The notes below the pieces were generated by a model, which was given only the letters and a program-made list of their open reading frames with translations, did no database searches and was not told the DNA's origin. From the NCBI GenBank assembly GCA_910578335.1, contig CAJTPU010000005.1, positions 68,595-132,594 of the forward strand: a DNA stretch of 64,000 nucleotides, read 5' to 3'. Positions 23,916 through 33,358 of this stretch are shown here, one piece after another. Every line of letters begins with the position of its first letter. The first letter of the stretch is position 1. The position numbers and the translations under genes were made by a program. This DNA is from an uncultured Lachnospiraceae bacterium. GTDB lineage: Bacteria; Bacillota; Clostridia; Lachnospirales; Lachnospiraceae.

Positions 23916-24551
23916 CTATTCTTCCGGATCGTCCTCCGGTTCCTCGTAACCATATCCGTCCCCAGGTTCTTCCGGCCCCAAAAGTTCATCCGTAATATCT
24001 TCCAGCTCTTCTTCTGGTTCCTCTTCTTCTGGAGCAGCCTCCGTTGACTCAACCTCTCTAAACTCTCCGTCAATTACCTCGCCCTCACTCGGTCCAGGGA
24101 GTCTCGGAACGCTCCCGCCCTCAACTGCAGAATCATCACTCTCTCCTTCCGGCTCACTGTCCTGCTGCTGGAAATCCGAATCAAAGATACTTCTCTGTGC
24201 CGTATTCGCAATCGGCACCAGCTTGAAAACTCCGGTATCTTCATCCATCACCAGCTCCATTTCATTGTTGAAGGAACCAGATTTCTCGTCATTGATTTTT
24301 ACGGCGGATGTCACCTTATGCTTAAACTGTGGTTTGCTGACCTCCCTCGATTCTCCCTTGACATCCGGATCGTAATTCGGTATGTACTCCTTTACCATCG
24401 TGACATCAATTTTCAATGTCATACTGCCCTCGTTGGTGCCTTTCTCCTGCATATTACCGATCAACCGCTGGAGAACAAAATTCATATCCTTTTTCATTTC
24501 TTCAAAGGTATCGCTGTCAAAATCCAGCCTCTTCTCAAAATCTCCACTCAT
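23916..24551 (-). CDS. Hypothetical phage protein with a highly acidic C-terminal tail
   Basis: 211 aa. C-terminus EEEEPEEELEDITDE...EEPEDDPEE. Confidence 0.5.
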   Translation of the reverse strand: MSGDFEKRLDFDSDTFEEMKKDMNFVLQRLIGNMQEKGTNEGSMTLKIDVTMVKEYIPNYDPDVKGESREVSKPQFKHKVTSAVKINDEKSGSFNNEMELVMDEDTGVFKLVPIANTAQRSIFDSDFQQQDSEPEGESDDSAVEGGSVPRLPGPSEGEVIDGEFREVESTEAAPEEEEPEEELEDITDELLGPEEPGDGYGYEEPEDDPEE

Positions 24552-25753
24552 GCCTTTATCCTCCCATACTCAATTCCATTGTCATTCATGAACTGAATCA
24601 ATTTCTCCAGCTGACCCCTGGTTCCTTTTGCATAGAATCTGGTCTTATACCGCTTTTCCTCGATTTTCGGCGCTTCTACCGCCTGCTGCTGAGTAAAAGG
24701 ATCAACTGCTGCCACAAAAGCCTGCCGTTCAATACTCTGAATGGTTTTCCCCATTTCAGAAACCGGCTCCGTTCCGCTTTCCCAGGGAAGTGTTCCGCTT
24801 TCTGCCCCACTTGATACGTTTTGAGGCGGTTCTGTTCCGTTTTCCTGGCCTTCGATTACGTTTTCTGGCTGTTCAGTAACGCTTTCTGGCTGTTTACTTG
24901 CAGATTCCTGCTCCGCTTTCAGCTGAGCCTCCCTCGCTTTCCTCTGCTCTTCTTCCAGTCTCGCTTTTTCCTCAGCCGCTTTCCGCCGTTCCTCAGCCAG
25001 ACGCTTTCTTTCAGCCTCTTCCTCGGCCTTGCGCCTCTTCTCGGCCTCCAGCTTTTCTTCCAGGTCAGACAGCCGCTTATTCTCTGCCAGAGCTTTGCTG
25101 AGGTCCAGCGTCTTGATATAGACATCCTTTGCGTTCAGCTTATACTTGCTCTCCAGGCTGTCGATTGTTTCCAGGTCAGTACGGACTTTTTCAACCTTTG
25201 CCTTTATATCTGCCTGGGCCGTAGCCAGCTTATAGGTCTGATTCAGATACCGATTGTCAAACACTTTCTCGAAGGGAAGAACCTGGGCCAAATCCCCGAT
25301 CACTTCATCATAAGCCTCCTGGATACTCTTCCTCTTGTCCTCTTTCTGCTGATTCTCAAATGCTTTTACTTGACCGTCAATTGTCGCCACCGTTTTCTGG
25401 ATAATGGAGCTGACATCTTTCAGCTCCTTCTCGAATATGTCGTAGGGTTCATTGACAATCTTCTTTACCATTTTCCGGCGCTCTTCGATAGCTTTAATGA
25501 GGCTATTCAGCTCCGCCCGATCTTCCTTGGCCTGTTTCATATTGTCCTCAGTGTAGACAACATTCTTATAGCTCGCTATTTTCTGTCTGACCGCCGCCTC
25601 CAGTTCTTCTTTGTTCCACTTAATCACCCGGAGAAAGCCATCCTCCGTAGGATTGATAAGTCGGAACTCCATCTTTGCAGGCTGTGCCACCATTACCTCA
25701 CTCACAACCTCAGCCTCCACCGTTTCCGGTGTTGTTTTCTTCCTTCCTGCCAT
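24548..25753 (-). CDS. DUF1351-family phage protein (coiled-coil)
   Basis: 401 aa. The N-terminal pattern and KRRKAEEEAERKRLAEERRKAAEE coiled coil match the DUF1351 pattern as I recall it, in a recombination-module context. Confidence 0.55.
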   Translation of the reverse strand: MAGRKKTTPETVEAEVVSEVMVAQPAKMEFRLINPTEDGFLRVIKWNKEELEAAVRQKIASYKNVVYTEDNMKQAKEDRAELNSLIKAIEERRKMVKKIVNEPYDIFEKELKDVSSIIQKTVATIDGQVKAFENQQKEDKRKSIQEAYDEVIGDLAQVLPFEKVFDNRYLNQTYKLATAQADIKAKVEKVRTDLETIDSLESKYKLNAKDVYIKTLDLSKALAENKRLSDLEEKLEAEKRRKAEEEAERKRLAEERRKAAEEKARLEEEQRKAREAQLKAEQESASKQPESVTEQPENVIEGQENGTEPPQNVSSGAESGTLPWESGTEPVSEMGKTIQSIERQAFVAAVDPFTQQQAVEAPKIEEKRYKTRFYAKGTRGQLEKLIQFMNDNGIEYGRIKA

Positions 25754-25764
25754 CTGTCTACCTC

Positions 25765-26229
25765 CTATATTTCATCTGGTCCTATTACCCGGATCATCAC
25801 ATCCACCCTGGGATTCTCAGAGTAGAACTTCCTCACCTGTGCATCCACAACCGCTGAATCATCACGATATGCCACTTTATTCAAACTATCGCACACAATT
25901 TTACCGATATTGTCCCAATCCGGCTTTTTAGTTGGCCGGAGCCTATGCTCCAGCATCGCCTTGCGCTTTTTCTTGCTAGTGGACTTCGGAATTTCATAAT
26001 ATGCAATAATCCTTACATCCAGCGCCGCATCTTCGCTGAACATTCTTCCTTTCGCTGCCTGCTGGTACATCAGCTTGACTAAATTCTCATAATTTACCGT
26101 TTTATCTGGAGTGTAGGTTTTCACATACTCTCCCGCTCTGGAGAACTTCGGCCTCTGCTTACCAAAAGGCGGGCCTGGTACCGTGAACTTAATCTGCCGC
26201 ATAACTTCATCCTCCACAATATTATCCAT
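25765..26229 (-). CDS. rusA: RusA-family Holliday junction resolvase
   Basis: FTVPGPPFGKQRPKF ... AYRDDSAVVD. Confidence 0.7.
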   Translation of the reverse strand: MDNIVEDEVMRQIKFTVPGPPFGKQRPKFSRAGEYVKTYTPDKTVNYENLVKLMYQQAAKGRMFSEDAALDVRIIAYYEIPKSTSKKKRKAMLEHRLRPTKKPDWDNIGKIVCDSLNKVAYRDDSAVVDAQVRKFYSENPRVDVMIRVIGPDEI

Positions 26230-26237
26230 GCCGCCTC

Positions 26238-26432
26238 CTATTCTCCACCAGCAGCATTGCCCGCCTCAGTGTCACGGTAGACTTTCAGATAATAGTCCAT
26301 CTGTTTCCCTGTCGGCGTTTTCTTTCTGACTCCCGGACCTACTGTGTAACCATTTTCCAGCAGAATTGCCGTAACCGCCTTTCTATCCTCCAGCTTATAA
26401 ATGCTGAGTTCTGTTACTTTTTCCATTGCCAT
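26238..26432 (-). CDS. Hypothetical phage protein
   Basis: ATG 26432 behind GGAGG, which avoids overlap with the upstream gene. Confidence 0.4.
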   Translation of the reverse strand: MAMEKVTELSIYKLEDRKAVTAILLENGYTVGPGVRKKTPTGKQMDYYLKVYRDTEAGNAAGGE

Positions 26433-26436
26433 AATT

Positions 26437-27249
26437 TCATCCCTCCAATATTCGTCTTGTCTCTGAAAATCTTGCTGCTGCCTCTTTTTTTCTCCACGAC
26501 ATTCCATCCACCTTTACCGGATAGCACATTTCAAATATCCTGTCGTATATCCGGTTATACCGAATATCATCACAGCTTTTCATCTGAGAAATCTCCAGAT
26601 TGGTCGTAAGAATGATTGGCTTGCCGGTTCTGTACCGACTGTCAATGATGTCATACACCTTTTCCAGAGAGAAATCCGTTCCCCTCTCGGCGCCAAGATC
26701 ATCAATTATCAGTAGCTTTGCCCGGTTCAGCTTTGCTATGTACTCGCTATCATCCCTCTCAAAATCACTCATTTCATCCAGCAATTTAATGAATGAGGTC
26801 ATGATTACAGAGTGCATTTGCCCCAACAGCTCATTCGCTATAGCGGCGGCTGTATAACTCTTTCCGGTTCCCACGTTGCCCCAAAATAGAATCCCCTGGC
26901 CTTTGGAGAACATTTCTCCGAAGTTTTCAACATACCTCTTTGCGATGCCGAATACCTTCCGGTTTTCCTCTGTCACCTTATAAGTGGCAAATCTTACTTC
27001 TTTCAGACGGGCATCCATGAGGCTCAGTTTTCGCAGATTGTCAATGGTGCGCTGCTCTTCCTCGAATCTCAATCTTCTCTCATGTGCCTCCTTCTCTTCT
27101 CTCTGGCATTTGCACACGCAATGCACCCTCATTTTCTTTTGTCCTCTGGAGCCATCCATGAGAGGCATACTGAGTTCTCTTTCAACTGCCTCGCCGCATA
27201 TAGAACAGTGGAGAAAACCATCAGCACCTAAAACTTCTTCTCTTTCCAT
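26437..27249 (-). CDS. DnaC/IstB-like AAA+ helicase loader
   Basis: Walker A GNVGTGKSY, Walker B LLIIDDLG, and an N-terminal zinc-finger-like CSICGE...C.C.C. Confidence 0.75.
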   Translation of the reverse strand: MEREEVLGADGFLHCSICGEAVERELSMPLMDGSRGQKKMRVHCVCKCQREEKEAHERRLRFEEEQRTIDNLRKLSLMDARLKEVRFATYKVTEENRKVFGIAKRYVENFGEMFSKGQGILFWGNVGTGKSYTAAAIANELLGQMHSVIMTSFIKLLDEMSDFERDDSEYIAKLNRAKLLIIDDLGAERGTDFSLEKVYDIIDSRYRTGKPIILTTNLEISQMKSCDDIRYNRIYDRIFEMCYPVKVDGMSWRKKEAAARFSETRRILEG

Positions 27250-27251
27250 GC

Positions 27252-28016
27252 CTACCTCCAGTCTCCATACGGATCATCTTCATCTACAGCTTTCGTGCCG
27301 GCCTGTGGAGCGTTTTTAGGCAGATAGTCCAGGAATGGGGTGGATTCTCCCAAAAATGTCTTGCCATGCTTGATGTACTTCTCTTCTGTTCTATCTCGCC
27401 TGCACTGCTCTGCATAATTCTTTGCTGCCTCCAACAGCTGTTCGTGAGAAAAACCATCCTCCAGCCTTGCCTTATACTTCTTGTATGCCTGGGCCTTATC
27501 CGCTTTCCGAGGATAGATGGACCAGAACTCTTCAAAATCTGTTGAGTAGTTACTGATAGCTTTTTTTGACTTCGGTTCCGGCTTTTCAGCCTCCGGTTCT
27601 GCAGGATTGTTTTCCCCTGCCTCTCCTAAAAGCGCCTTTTCATTCTTCACTCTGCTGTAATACTCTCTTTGCCTATCCGCCTCCGTTGAGGATTTTCCGA
27701 TATAGTTCTGAATATCCATCATGTAGATTGCACCGTTGTCAAGAACCTCTATCAGCTCCAATTTTCTGAAAACATCCAGCGCCTTTTCCACGGTTCCTAC
27801 CTGGTGGCCCACGAGAGTAGCCAATATCTCCGGTGTGTAGGGAATCACATTCCTATACATCAACCGGCCCTCGTTTCTCAGACTCCTAAGATAGAGTTTC
27901 AAGAGGATATTGCTGTATATGTAGCCGTCCTTCATGCTCTCCAGAATCTTGATTTCTTCCGACTCGAAAAACCCCTCCTTCAACTTTAGGTAGTAATACT
28001 TTCTGTTGTCTGCCAT
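27252..28016 (-). CDS. Phage replisome organizer / DnaD-domain protein
   Basis: N-terminus YYYLKLKEGFFESEEIK is typical of the replisome organizer N-domain. C-terminus has a DnaD-like FEEFWSIYPRK. Confidence 0.65.
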   Translation of the reverse strand: MADNRKYYYLKLKEGFFESEEIKILESMKDGYIYSNILLKLYLRSLRNEGRLMYRNVIPYTPEILATLVGHQVGTVEKALDVFRKLELIEVLDNGAIYMMDIQNYIGKSSTEADRQREYYSRVKNEKALLGEAGENNPAEPEAEKPEPKSKKAISNYSTDFEEFWSIYPRKADKAQAYKKYKARLEDGFSHEQLLEAAKNYAEQCRRDRTEEKYIKHGKTFLGESTPFLDYLPKNAPQAGTKAVDEDDPYGDWR

Positions 28017-28038
28017 ATATTCACCGCCAATCGTGCCA

Positions 28039-28836
28039 CTATATTCCGGCTGTCAAATCCATAATTGAAATTGGTCTTGTCAACACCCGGTTATGCCGGC
28101 AACAATCGCACAGCTCGCACCGATCCGGCTCTTCCTCACCACTCTTTACTCTGAGGATTCTCGGCATATTCGCCTCTACCACATGAAGAGCCTCCTGCAG
28201 ATAATTGTCTGTTACATGGATAATCCGAATGTCCGGCTCTTTCTCCTTCGTCGCACCTGCAATGTAAAACGGCAGCTTTTTTCCGGTATTCTGCCTAACA
28301 ATCTCCTGGTATACCGCTCCCTGGATGTCATAACCCCAGTAACGGACGAAATCCAGATAACCTAAATCCTTTACCCACTTCAAATCCGTAATGGATGCCA
28401 TGACTTTCAAGTCCACGATTGCCACATCCGGAATATAGCTGTCGATTTTGATCTTCCACTTTGCCCCGAACAGTTCCCCGGTCATAATAACCTGTTTCTG
28501 CCCAGACATATATTTCATGAAATACTGATCCCGCTCGATTCTTGCGATAATCTCATTGGCCTTCACATACTCTGCTTTCAGGCCCCCATCCTTTTTGAAG
28601 AGTGACGGATGTTCTATCTTGAACTTATCCAGGGTACCCTCAAAATACGAATCCACATAACTTCCTACCATCAGCGCCGTAGTTTCTTCCTCTTCCCAGC
28701 GTTCTTCCAGCTTTTCCATCGCCGTGAACTCACAGGGCAACTTCCCATATGTCCCCGCAAAATCCTTGAATTGGGAAACACTCATGTATTCCCGATTAGC
28801 CTCCTGGCTGTAATAATTCCCATCTGTCAGTTGCAT
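28039..28836 (-). CDS. PD-(D/E)xK exonuclease (RecE/Cas4-like partner of RecT)
   Basis: IVDLKV core motif and a C-terminal Cys cluster CELCDCC. Adjacent to recT. Confidence 0.6.
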   Translation of the reverse strand: MQLTDGNYYSQEANREYMSVSQFKDFAGTYGKLPCEFTAMEKLEERWEEEETTALMVGSYVDSYFEGTLDKFKIEHPSLFKKDGGLKAEYVKANEIIARIERDQYFMKYMSGQKQVIMTGELFGAKWKIKIDSYIPDVAIVDLKVMASITDLKWVKDLGYLDFVRYWGYDIQGAVYQEIVRQNTGKKLPFYIAGATKEKEPDIRIIHVTDNYLQEALHVVEANMPRILRVKSGEEEPDRCELCDCCRHNRVLTRPISIMDLTAGI

Positions 28837-28849
28837 TTCTTCCTGCCTC

Positions 28850-29767
28850 CTATTCTTCTACCTCTTCCAAATCCAAACCGCCTATCTGGTTACTATCTGG
28901 CTCCTGGACCACAAAAGCATCCTGGGCCTCCACAATATCCGGCTGGTTATCTCCATAGGTTCCATTCCCATCTTCGTCATAAATCTTTTGATCATCCTGG
29001 ATTGCCCTCTGCATATCTACAGACAAGATGCCCCATTTGCTGAGCAGCAGCTTGATTACTGTTTTCAATGCCATAGCCTCAAAATCTGTAGTCCACTTAC
29101 TTGACTTCTTTCCTTCCTTGATGTCATAGCGGTATGCCTGGGAATATTTCTTTGCATGGTTATCTACCGCCGCTGTTGACATGTATAATTCCTGACTGAA
29201 TCCAGTCTTTAATCGGAACCATGCGTAATAACCTACCACCTTGCTTTCATCCCCTGCATTTCTCTGAGTGCATTGAGAGAAGTCTGTCACAAACTCAATT
29301 TCCCCGGTAATCGGATTATACTTTACCAATTCGTCCTCATAGACAACTGCATAATTCATCTTCTCGTAATATCCAGAACGAATTGCCAGCTGTATAAAAC
29401 CTTTATACATCATCTGAAACTGTGCTTTTGGCACTTTATCCCACTGCCTTGTCTGAGGATTATAAATACTCTCGTTGTACGGAACGATTGCGCTGAACCC
29501 CAGATTACTGTCAATCGGAAGATCATATGTCGCCGCTACAAATGCCGCACTCATGATTGAATTTGCACTGCACTTTTTAAGCTGTGTGCTGCCGGCTACC
29601 GTGTTTGTGATAGATGCAAGAAACTGTGGCGCCTTCTGCCCCAAAACTTCGGCAAATTTCTTTTTGACTGCATCCGATGAAATGAGCTGCTTTACCTGTG
29701 TTGTCACGCTTACTCCAGTCTGCTGCTGGACTGCCGGCTGCTGCTTTGCTGTCTGTTGTCCTGCCAT
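28850..29767 (-). CDS. recT: RecT-family single-strand annealing protein
   Basis: ATG 29767 behind GAAGGAGG. RecT-like sequence character. Confidence 0.7.
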   Translation of the reverse strand: MAGQQTAKQQPAVQQQTGVSVTTQVKQLISSDAVKKKFAEVLGQKAPQFLASITNTVAGSTQLKKCSANSIMSAAFVAATYDLPIDSNLGFSAIVPYNESIYNPQTRQWDKVPKAQFQMMYKGFIQLAIRSGYYEKMNYAVVYEDELVKYNPITGEIEFVTDFSQCTQRNAGDESKVVGYYAWFRLKTGFSQELYMSTAAVDNHAKKYSQAYRYDIKEGKKSSKWTTDFEAMALKTVIKLLLSKWGILSVDMQRAIQDDQKIYDEDGNGTYGDNQPDIVEAQDAFVVQEPDSNQIGGLDLEEVEE

Positions 29768-29771
29768 ACTG

Positions 29772-29981
29772 TTATCCCTCCTTCTGTGCTGTGGCAAGTC
29801 TCTCTCCCACATATTCTAAATATTCGTTTGCTGTCATATCCGATAAACATTCCTCGCATATCGGACCTTCATCAGAATCCAGATACTCTTCGCCCTCTGT
29901 AATTCCTCCTGCGCATCTGCTACAGATTCTCACTACAGCCGGTTCTGATGCATTTGGGCATCTTGGGTGGCATGGAATCAT
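29772..29981 (-). CDS. Small Cys-rich (zinc-ribbon-like) phage protein
   Basis: ATGA start/stop overlap with the upstream gene. CHPRC...CSRC...CEEC. Confidence 0.4.
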   Translation of the reverse strand: MIPCHPRCPNASEPAVVRICSRCAGGITEGEEYLDSDEGPICEECLSDMTANEYLEYVGERLATAQKEG

Positions 29982-30232
29982 AAGACACATACTGCACATT
30001 CCCCACACTCCTTTCTTATCATTCGGGAAAGCGAAACCATATTTACTGCCATACGGAAACAATGATTTTTCAGTTCATCCGGCAACAGCAATTTCATGTA
30101 ATCCTCTGTCTGTCCTGTAATCTCTATCTTTCTTCTGCACAGTTTTATCACATCCGCTACCTCTTCATCGCTGATGTTACAAGTTGATTTCCGGAACTCA
30201 GACACAATTTCATCAATCTCCTTTTGACTCAT
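29978..30232 (-). CDS. Hypothetical phage protein
   Basis: ATG 30232 behind GGATGGAGG. Confidence 0.4.
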   Translation of the reverse strand: MSQKEIDEIVSEFRKSTCNISDEEVADVIKLCRRKIEITGQTEDYMKLLLPDELKNHCFRMAVNMVSLSRMIRKECGECAVCVL

Positions 30233-30446
30233 AATCATCCTCCATCCCAAACAGATACCGCACTGTGCCTCCTACATTCCTTACCGTTTCCACTATCATG
30301 AGGATCAATGGCAATGTCAGCCACTCACCGCCGTAAGCCACATAACCTCTTTCTGCATAGGCTACCTTCACAAAGACTTCGGTAAGGACCAGGCCGGCAA
30401 CAATCCATATCCAGTTCCTTGATATGTACCTCTTTATTCCTCTCAT
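30213..30446 (-). CDS. Small membrane protein
   Basis: 77 aa with two hydrophobic helices. Confidence 0.4.
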   Translation of the reverse strand: MRGIKRYISRNWIWIVAGLVLTEVFVKVAYAERGYVAYGGEWLTLPLILMIVETVRNVGGTVRYLFGMEDDYESKGD

Positions 30447-31099
30447 TCAGCCAGCTCCTTATCCGTATAGAAATAATGATTGCCGTACTGGAAAAGGAAG
30501 TGCAGGTTATTCTTGTGCCAATCCGATGCGCTTTCACTCTCAAAATACAAAGCACCTTGGCTTTCGTCCCAGCTCTCCAGCCGAACTAAATCCAAAGCCT
30601 CATAACACTCCTGGTCCGGCTCTACTCTGTCAAACCTTCCACTGCCAACCGGACTGAACTGACCTTGTTGAAAGATAACCTCCGAAACACTGTCCGGGAA
30701 TCTGTCACTCTGGACACGATTGAGAACCACTAGGATTACCAGTGCTTTTCCTTCCACACCCTCGCTTTCGGCCTCTGCCATGGCTATCTTTGCCAGCATA
30801 TATTCATCTTCCGGGTCATAACCGGCACTTTCGATGATTTCCTGGCACTCTTCCATGGCATCTTCACCTGCGCTTTCTATCGTCACTATTTCCTCCGGCT
30901 CTGCCGTGGCTGCTGCATCCAGTGTTGATGTAACATTTCTTTCAACTGTCCGTGCTACATACGCCTCTTTTTTCATTCCGGTACCGCTTCGTATATCTGC
31001 ATACAAATTATTGACACCGCCAACCATAAATACAGCAGCTCCGCTTATTGCCAGGACTTTTGCCCCGAACAATCGCTTTCGCCTGCTCTTTTTACTCAC
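30443..31099 (-). CDS. SleB/CwlJ-type cell wall hydrolase with an N-terminal signal anchor
   Basis: VVLNRVQSDRFPDSVSEVIFQQGQFSP matches the Hydrolase_2 core. N-terminus RRKRLFGAKVLAISGAAVFMVGG. Confidence 0.65.
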   Translation of the reverse strand: MSKKSRRKRLFGAKVLAISGAAVFMVGGVNNLYADIRSGTGMKKEAYVARTVERNVTSTLDAAATAEPEEIVTIESAGEDAMEECQEIIESAGYDPEDEYMLAKIAMAEAESEGVEGKALVILVVLNRVQSDRFPDSVSEVIFQQGQFSPVGSGRFDRVEPDQECYEALDLVRLESWDESQGALYFESESASDWHKNNLHFLFQYGNHYFYTDKELAE

Positions 31100-31131
31100 A
31101 CTCTGTTCTCCTTTCCGGTATTGCTCACGCT

Positions 31132-31626
31132 CTACACTCCTTTGATGTATTTCTCTCCAACAATTTTCATTTCACTAATGGTCTCTGCCATCTTATCCAG
31201 CCTCTCCAGGATTGCTTTCAGCCTGGGAACTTCATCATCGCTGATGATACCGTCCTCGGTTATATCAATCAGATCATCTTTCATGTGCTTTAGCTCTTCT
31301 TCGTTAAACCCTCTCAAAAGCCTCAGCGCAATGCCCTGTATACTTTTTTCTTCCGTAGCCAGTGGCAGAAAACCATGCACCGGGCACTCTCTCATGCAGT
31401 ATCCCGTAATCAACTCCGGGGAATTGTAAAGGTCGGCCATGAGAACCACTTTATCTACCGGAACAACTTTCGTATTTCCAAGCTCGTAATCTGCCAGCGT
31501 TGATACCGAAATTCCCAAAAGCTCTGCGGCTCCTTCACGGCTATATAGCCTCTCGTTGTATGCTGCTGCCTTTTTCCTCGCCTTAAAGTACACATTATTG
31601 TTCTCGTTTATAGGACCTTTTCCCAT
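31132..31626 (-). CDS. Xre-type HTH protein (Cro-side early regulator)
   Basis: HTH AAELLGISVSTLADYELGNTKV. Confidence 0.6.
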   Translation of the reverse strand: MGKGPINENNNVYFKARKKAAAYNERLYSREGAAELLGISVSTLADYELGNTKVVPVDKVVLMADLYNSPELITGYCMRECPVHGFLPLATEEKSIQGIALRLLRGFNEEELKHMKDDLIDITEDGIISDDEVPRLKAILERLDKMAETISEMKIVGEKYIKGV

Positions 31627-31636
31627 TTCATGTTAC

Positions 31637-32074
31637 CTACCCTTTCGCTATAATCTTATTATCACCAGAGGGTACAGCCGGTAAGGTGATGTTCAGCAGG
31701 CTTGCTACAGCATCCACGATTTCTTCATTCATCATCTTGCCGTTGATAACCAGTGACAGCCGATCCCTGGAGACATTCAGTTTCTCTGCCAGCTGATTGA
31801 CGCTCATTTTCTGTTTGACAAGCTCAATCTTCACACACTGACACCATTCATCTGATGGAGTATCAATTCGTTCCGGCAAACCCTCTGTGCCAAGCACCTT
31901 GTTAATCTTCTTTGCGATTGCCTGGTAGCTTGCGTTAGAATACCGCCCATTGATAACCGAGGAAACTGTCCCAACGCTGTAACCGATGCGCTCCGCCAGC
32001 TGCTTGAACGTCATATCTCTGTCGATCAAAGCCTTTCGGACATCCTTACTCCATTGTGATGTTTCCACTTTCAT
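31637..32074 (-). CDS. Tandem-HTH DNA-binding protein (first early gene, Cro/antirepressor-like)
   Basis: Two HTH units (FKQLAERIGYSVGTVSSVING; VNQLAEKLNVSRDRLSLVING). Confidence 0.55.
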   Translation of the reverse strand: MKVETSQWSKDVRKALIDRDMTFKQLAERIGYSVGTVSSVINGRYSNASYQAIAKKINKVLGTEGLPERIDTPSDEWCQCVKIELVKQKMSVNQLAEKLNVSRDRLSLVINGKMMNEEIVDAVASLLNITLPAVPSGDNKIIAKG

Positions 32075-32135
32075 TCACGTATCACTCCTTTCTCGCATTT
32101 GCTTGATATTTGTTATTTATTTTTGCGAATTTGCG

Positions 32136-32144
32136 TGCTATAAT
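32136..32144 (+). promoter_or_regulatory. Extended -10 element TGCTATAAT (candidate repressor-maintenance promoter)
   Basis: Matches TGnTATAAT. The -35 is poor. Flanked by TGCGAA/CTCGCA motifs. Confidence 0.35.
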
Positions 32145-32237
32145 AGAAGTAAATCTATTTACAGGCTCGCAAACGTGCATAGAAATACTCTTCGCTCTCA
32201 GCTCGCAACTTTGAATTGATTTGTATTTCATGTATAT

Positions 32238-32266
32238 ATTATACCACGTATCTGCGAGTTTGTAAA
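32238..32266 (-). promoter_or_regulatory. Prophage early (lytic) promoter with CTCGCA in the spacer
   Basis: On the - strand: TTTACA, a 17-nt spacer aaCTCGCAgatacgtgg, and TATAAT. Points into the 31637-32074 gene. Confidence 0.6.
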
Positions 32267-32312
32267 TGATTATATTCTCAAATGCGAATTTATTTTAGTG
32301 CGGAGGTATGAA

Positions 32313-32678
32313 ATGGAGATAATCGAAAGAATCTATCAACTGCTGGACGAGAAAGAGAAGCGGGCCTATGCCCTTTGCGAGAAATTGGACATCCGGACAT
32401 CTACAATGTCAACCTGGAAGGCTCGCACCAACGATCCGCCCGCCAAATACATGAAAACCATTGCTGACTTCCTTGGTGTATCACTGGACTATCTCATGAC
32501 CGGCCAGGAGGCACCAGTGCGCAAGACCACTACCACGGAAGAAGATGAACTGCTGGAACTGTTCCGTTCTCTTCCGGAACCAAAGAAATATGAATTTGTC
32601 GGGGAACTTAAAGGATTTCTGAAAGCCTATACGGAATCACAGAAATATCTTGACGAGGAAAAAAGATTATCAGTTTAG
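32313..32678 (+). CDS. CI-like Xre-family repressor
   Basis: ATG 32313 behind GGAGG. HTH LCEKLDIRTSTMSTWKARTN. Divergent from the early operon. Confidence 0.65.
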   Translation: MEIIERIYQLLDEKEKRAYALCEKLDIRTSTMSTWKARTNDPPAKYMKTIADFLGVSLDYLMTGQEAPVRKTTTTEEDELLELFRSLPEPKKYEFVGELKGFLKAYTESQKYLDEEKRLSV

Positions 32679-32724
32679 ATTGGTACCGGCGCTATGGCCG
32701 GTACTAAAGACAGGAGGATCGCCT

Positions 32725-33042
32725 ATGCCAAATGCCGCTCAATACTTCCAGCTGGCACGGACTGAGGAAAGAGCCGGGAATGAGTGCGCTGCCTTACTTC
32801 TATATCTCTCTTCTTTCTGTGACAGCTTTAATTCCAGCACCAGAGATTACCCATACGGAGCTGTTGCCAAAATCCGGAGTCTGCAGAACCGGCTTTCACT
32901 TTCCAATCTGCAGCTCATGGAGCTGGTACACTCTTATGGCCCTCTTACGGATGCTGAGTGCCAGGAACTTTTGTGCTATTCTATCCATGGCTGTCTGTCC
33001 GGAATCAATACCACTCTTTCCGGCTGTGCCTATGGATACTAA
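32725..33042 (+). CDS. Hypothetical protein
   Basis: ATG 32725 behind AGGAGG. 105 aa. Confidence 0.45.
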   Translation: MPNAAQYFQLARTEERAGNECAALLLYLSSFCDSFNSSTRDYPYGAVAKIRSLQNRLSLSNLQLMELVHSYGPLTDAECQELLCYSIHGCLSGINTTLSGCAYGY

Positions 33043-33358
33043 AAAATTCTCGGAACGTCTGTCCCACTGCATGAAACAATGCAAAGTAAACGGCGCTGAA
33101 TTGTCAGCATTATCTGGGGTAACTGCGGCCACAATCTCCCGATACCTTAATGGCCTACGGACACCCACAGTCGAAAACATCATCCTGCTTGCAAAGGCTC
33201 TCGATGTCTCTGTGGATTACCTTTTAGGCTTGCATGATGTCCCAGATGATAAAACCCTCACCGCTGCCTATTCAACCGCATCCAGCGCTGATAAGCGTGT
33301 GATTTGGACGCTCCTGGAAAGATATGGAGGTAAACATGGAACAACAACTGACAGGTAA
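33032..33358 (+). CDS. Xre-type HTH protein
   Basis: Internal ATG 33032 of the 208-aa track ORF. HTH LSALSGVTAATISRYLNGLRTP. Confidence 0.55.
   Translation: MDTKKFSERLSHCMKQCKVNGAELSALSGVTAATISRYLNGLRTPTVENIILLAKALDVSVDYLLGLHDVPDDKTLTAAYSTASSADKRVIWTLLERYGGKHGTTTDR

Noticed and set aside
24821-25825. 334-aa + strand ORF.
   Set aside because: It is antisense to the well-supported DUF1351 gene. Its translation is low-complexity and Leu/Phe/Ser-rich, there is no RBS, and it is a shadow ORF of a Lys/Glu-rich coiled coil.
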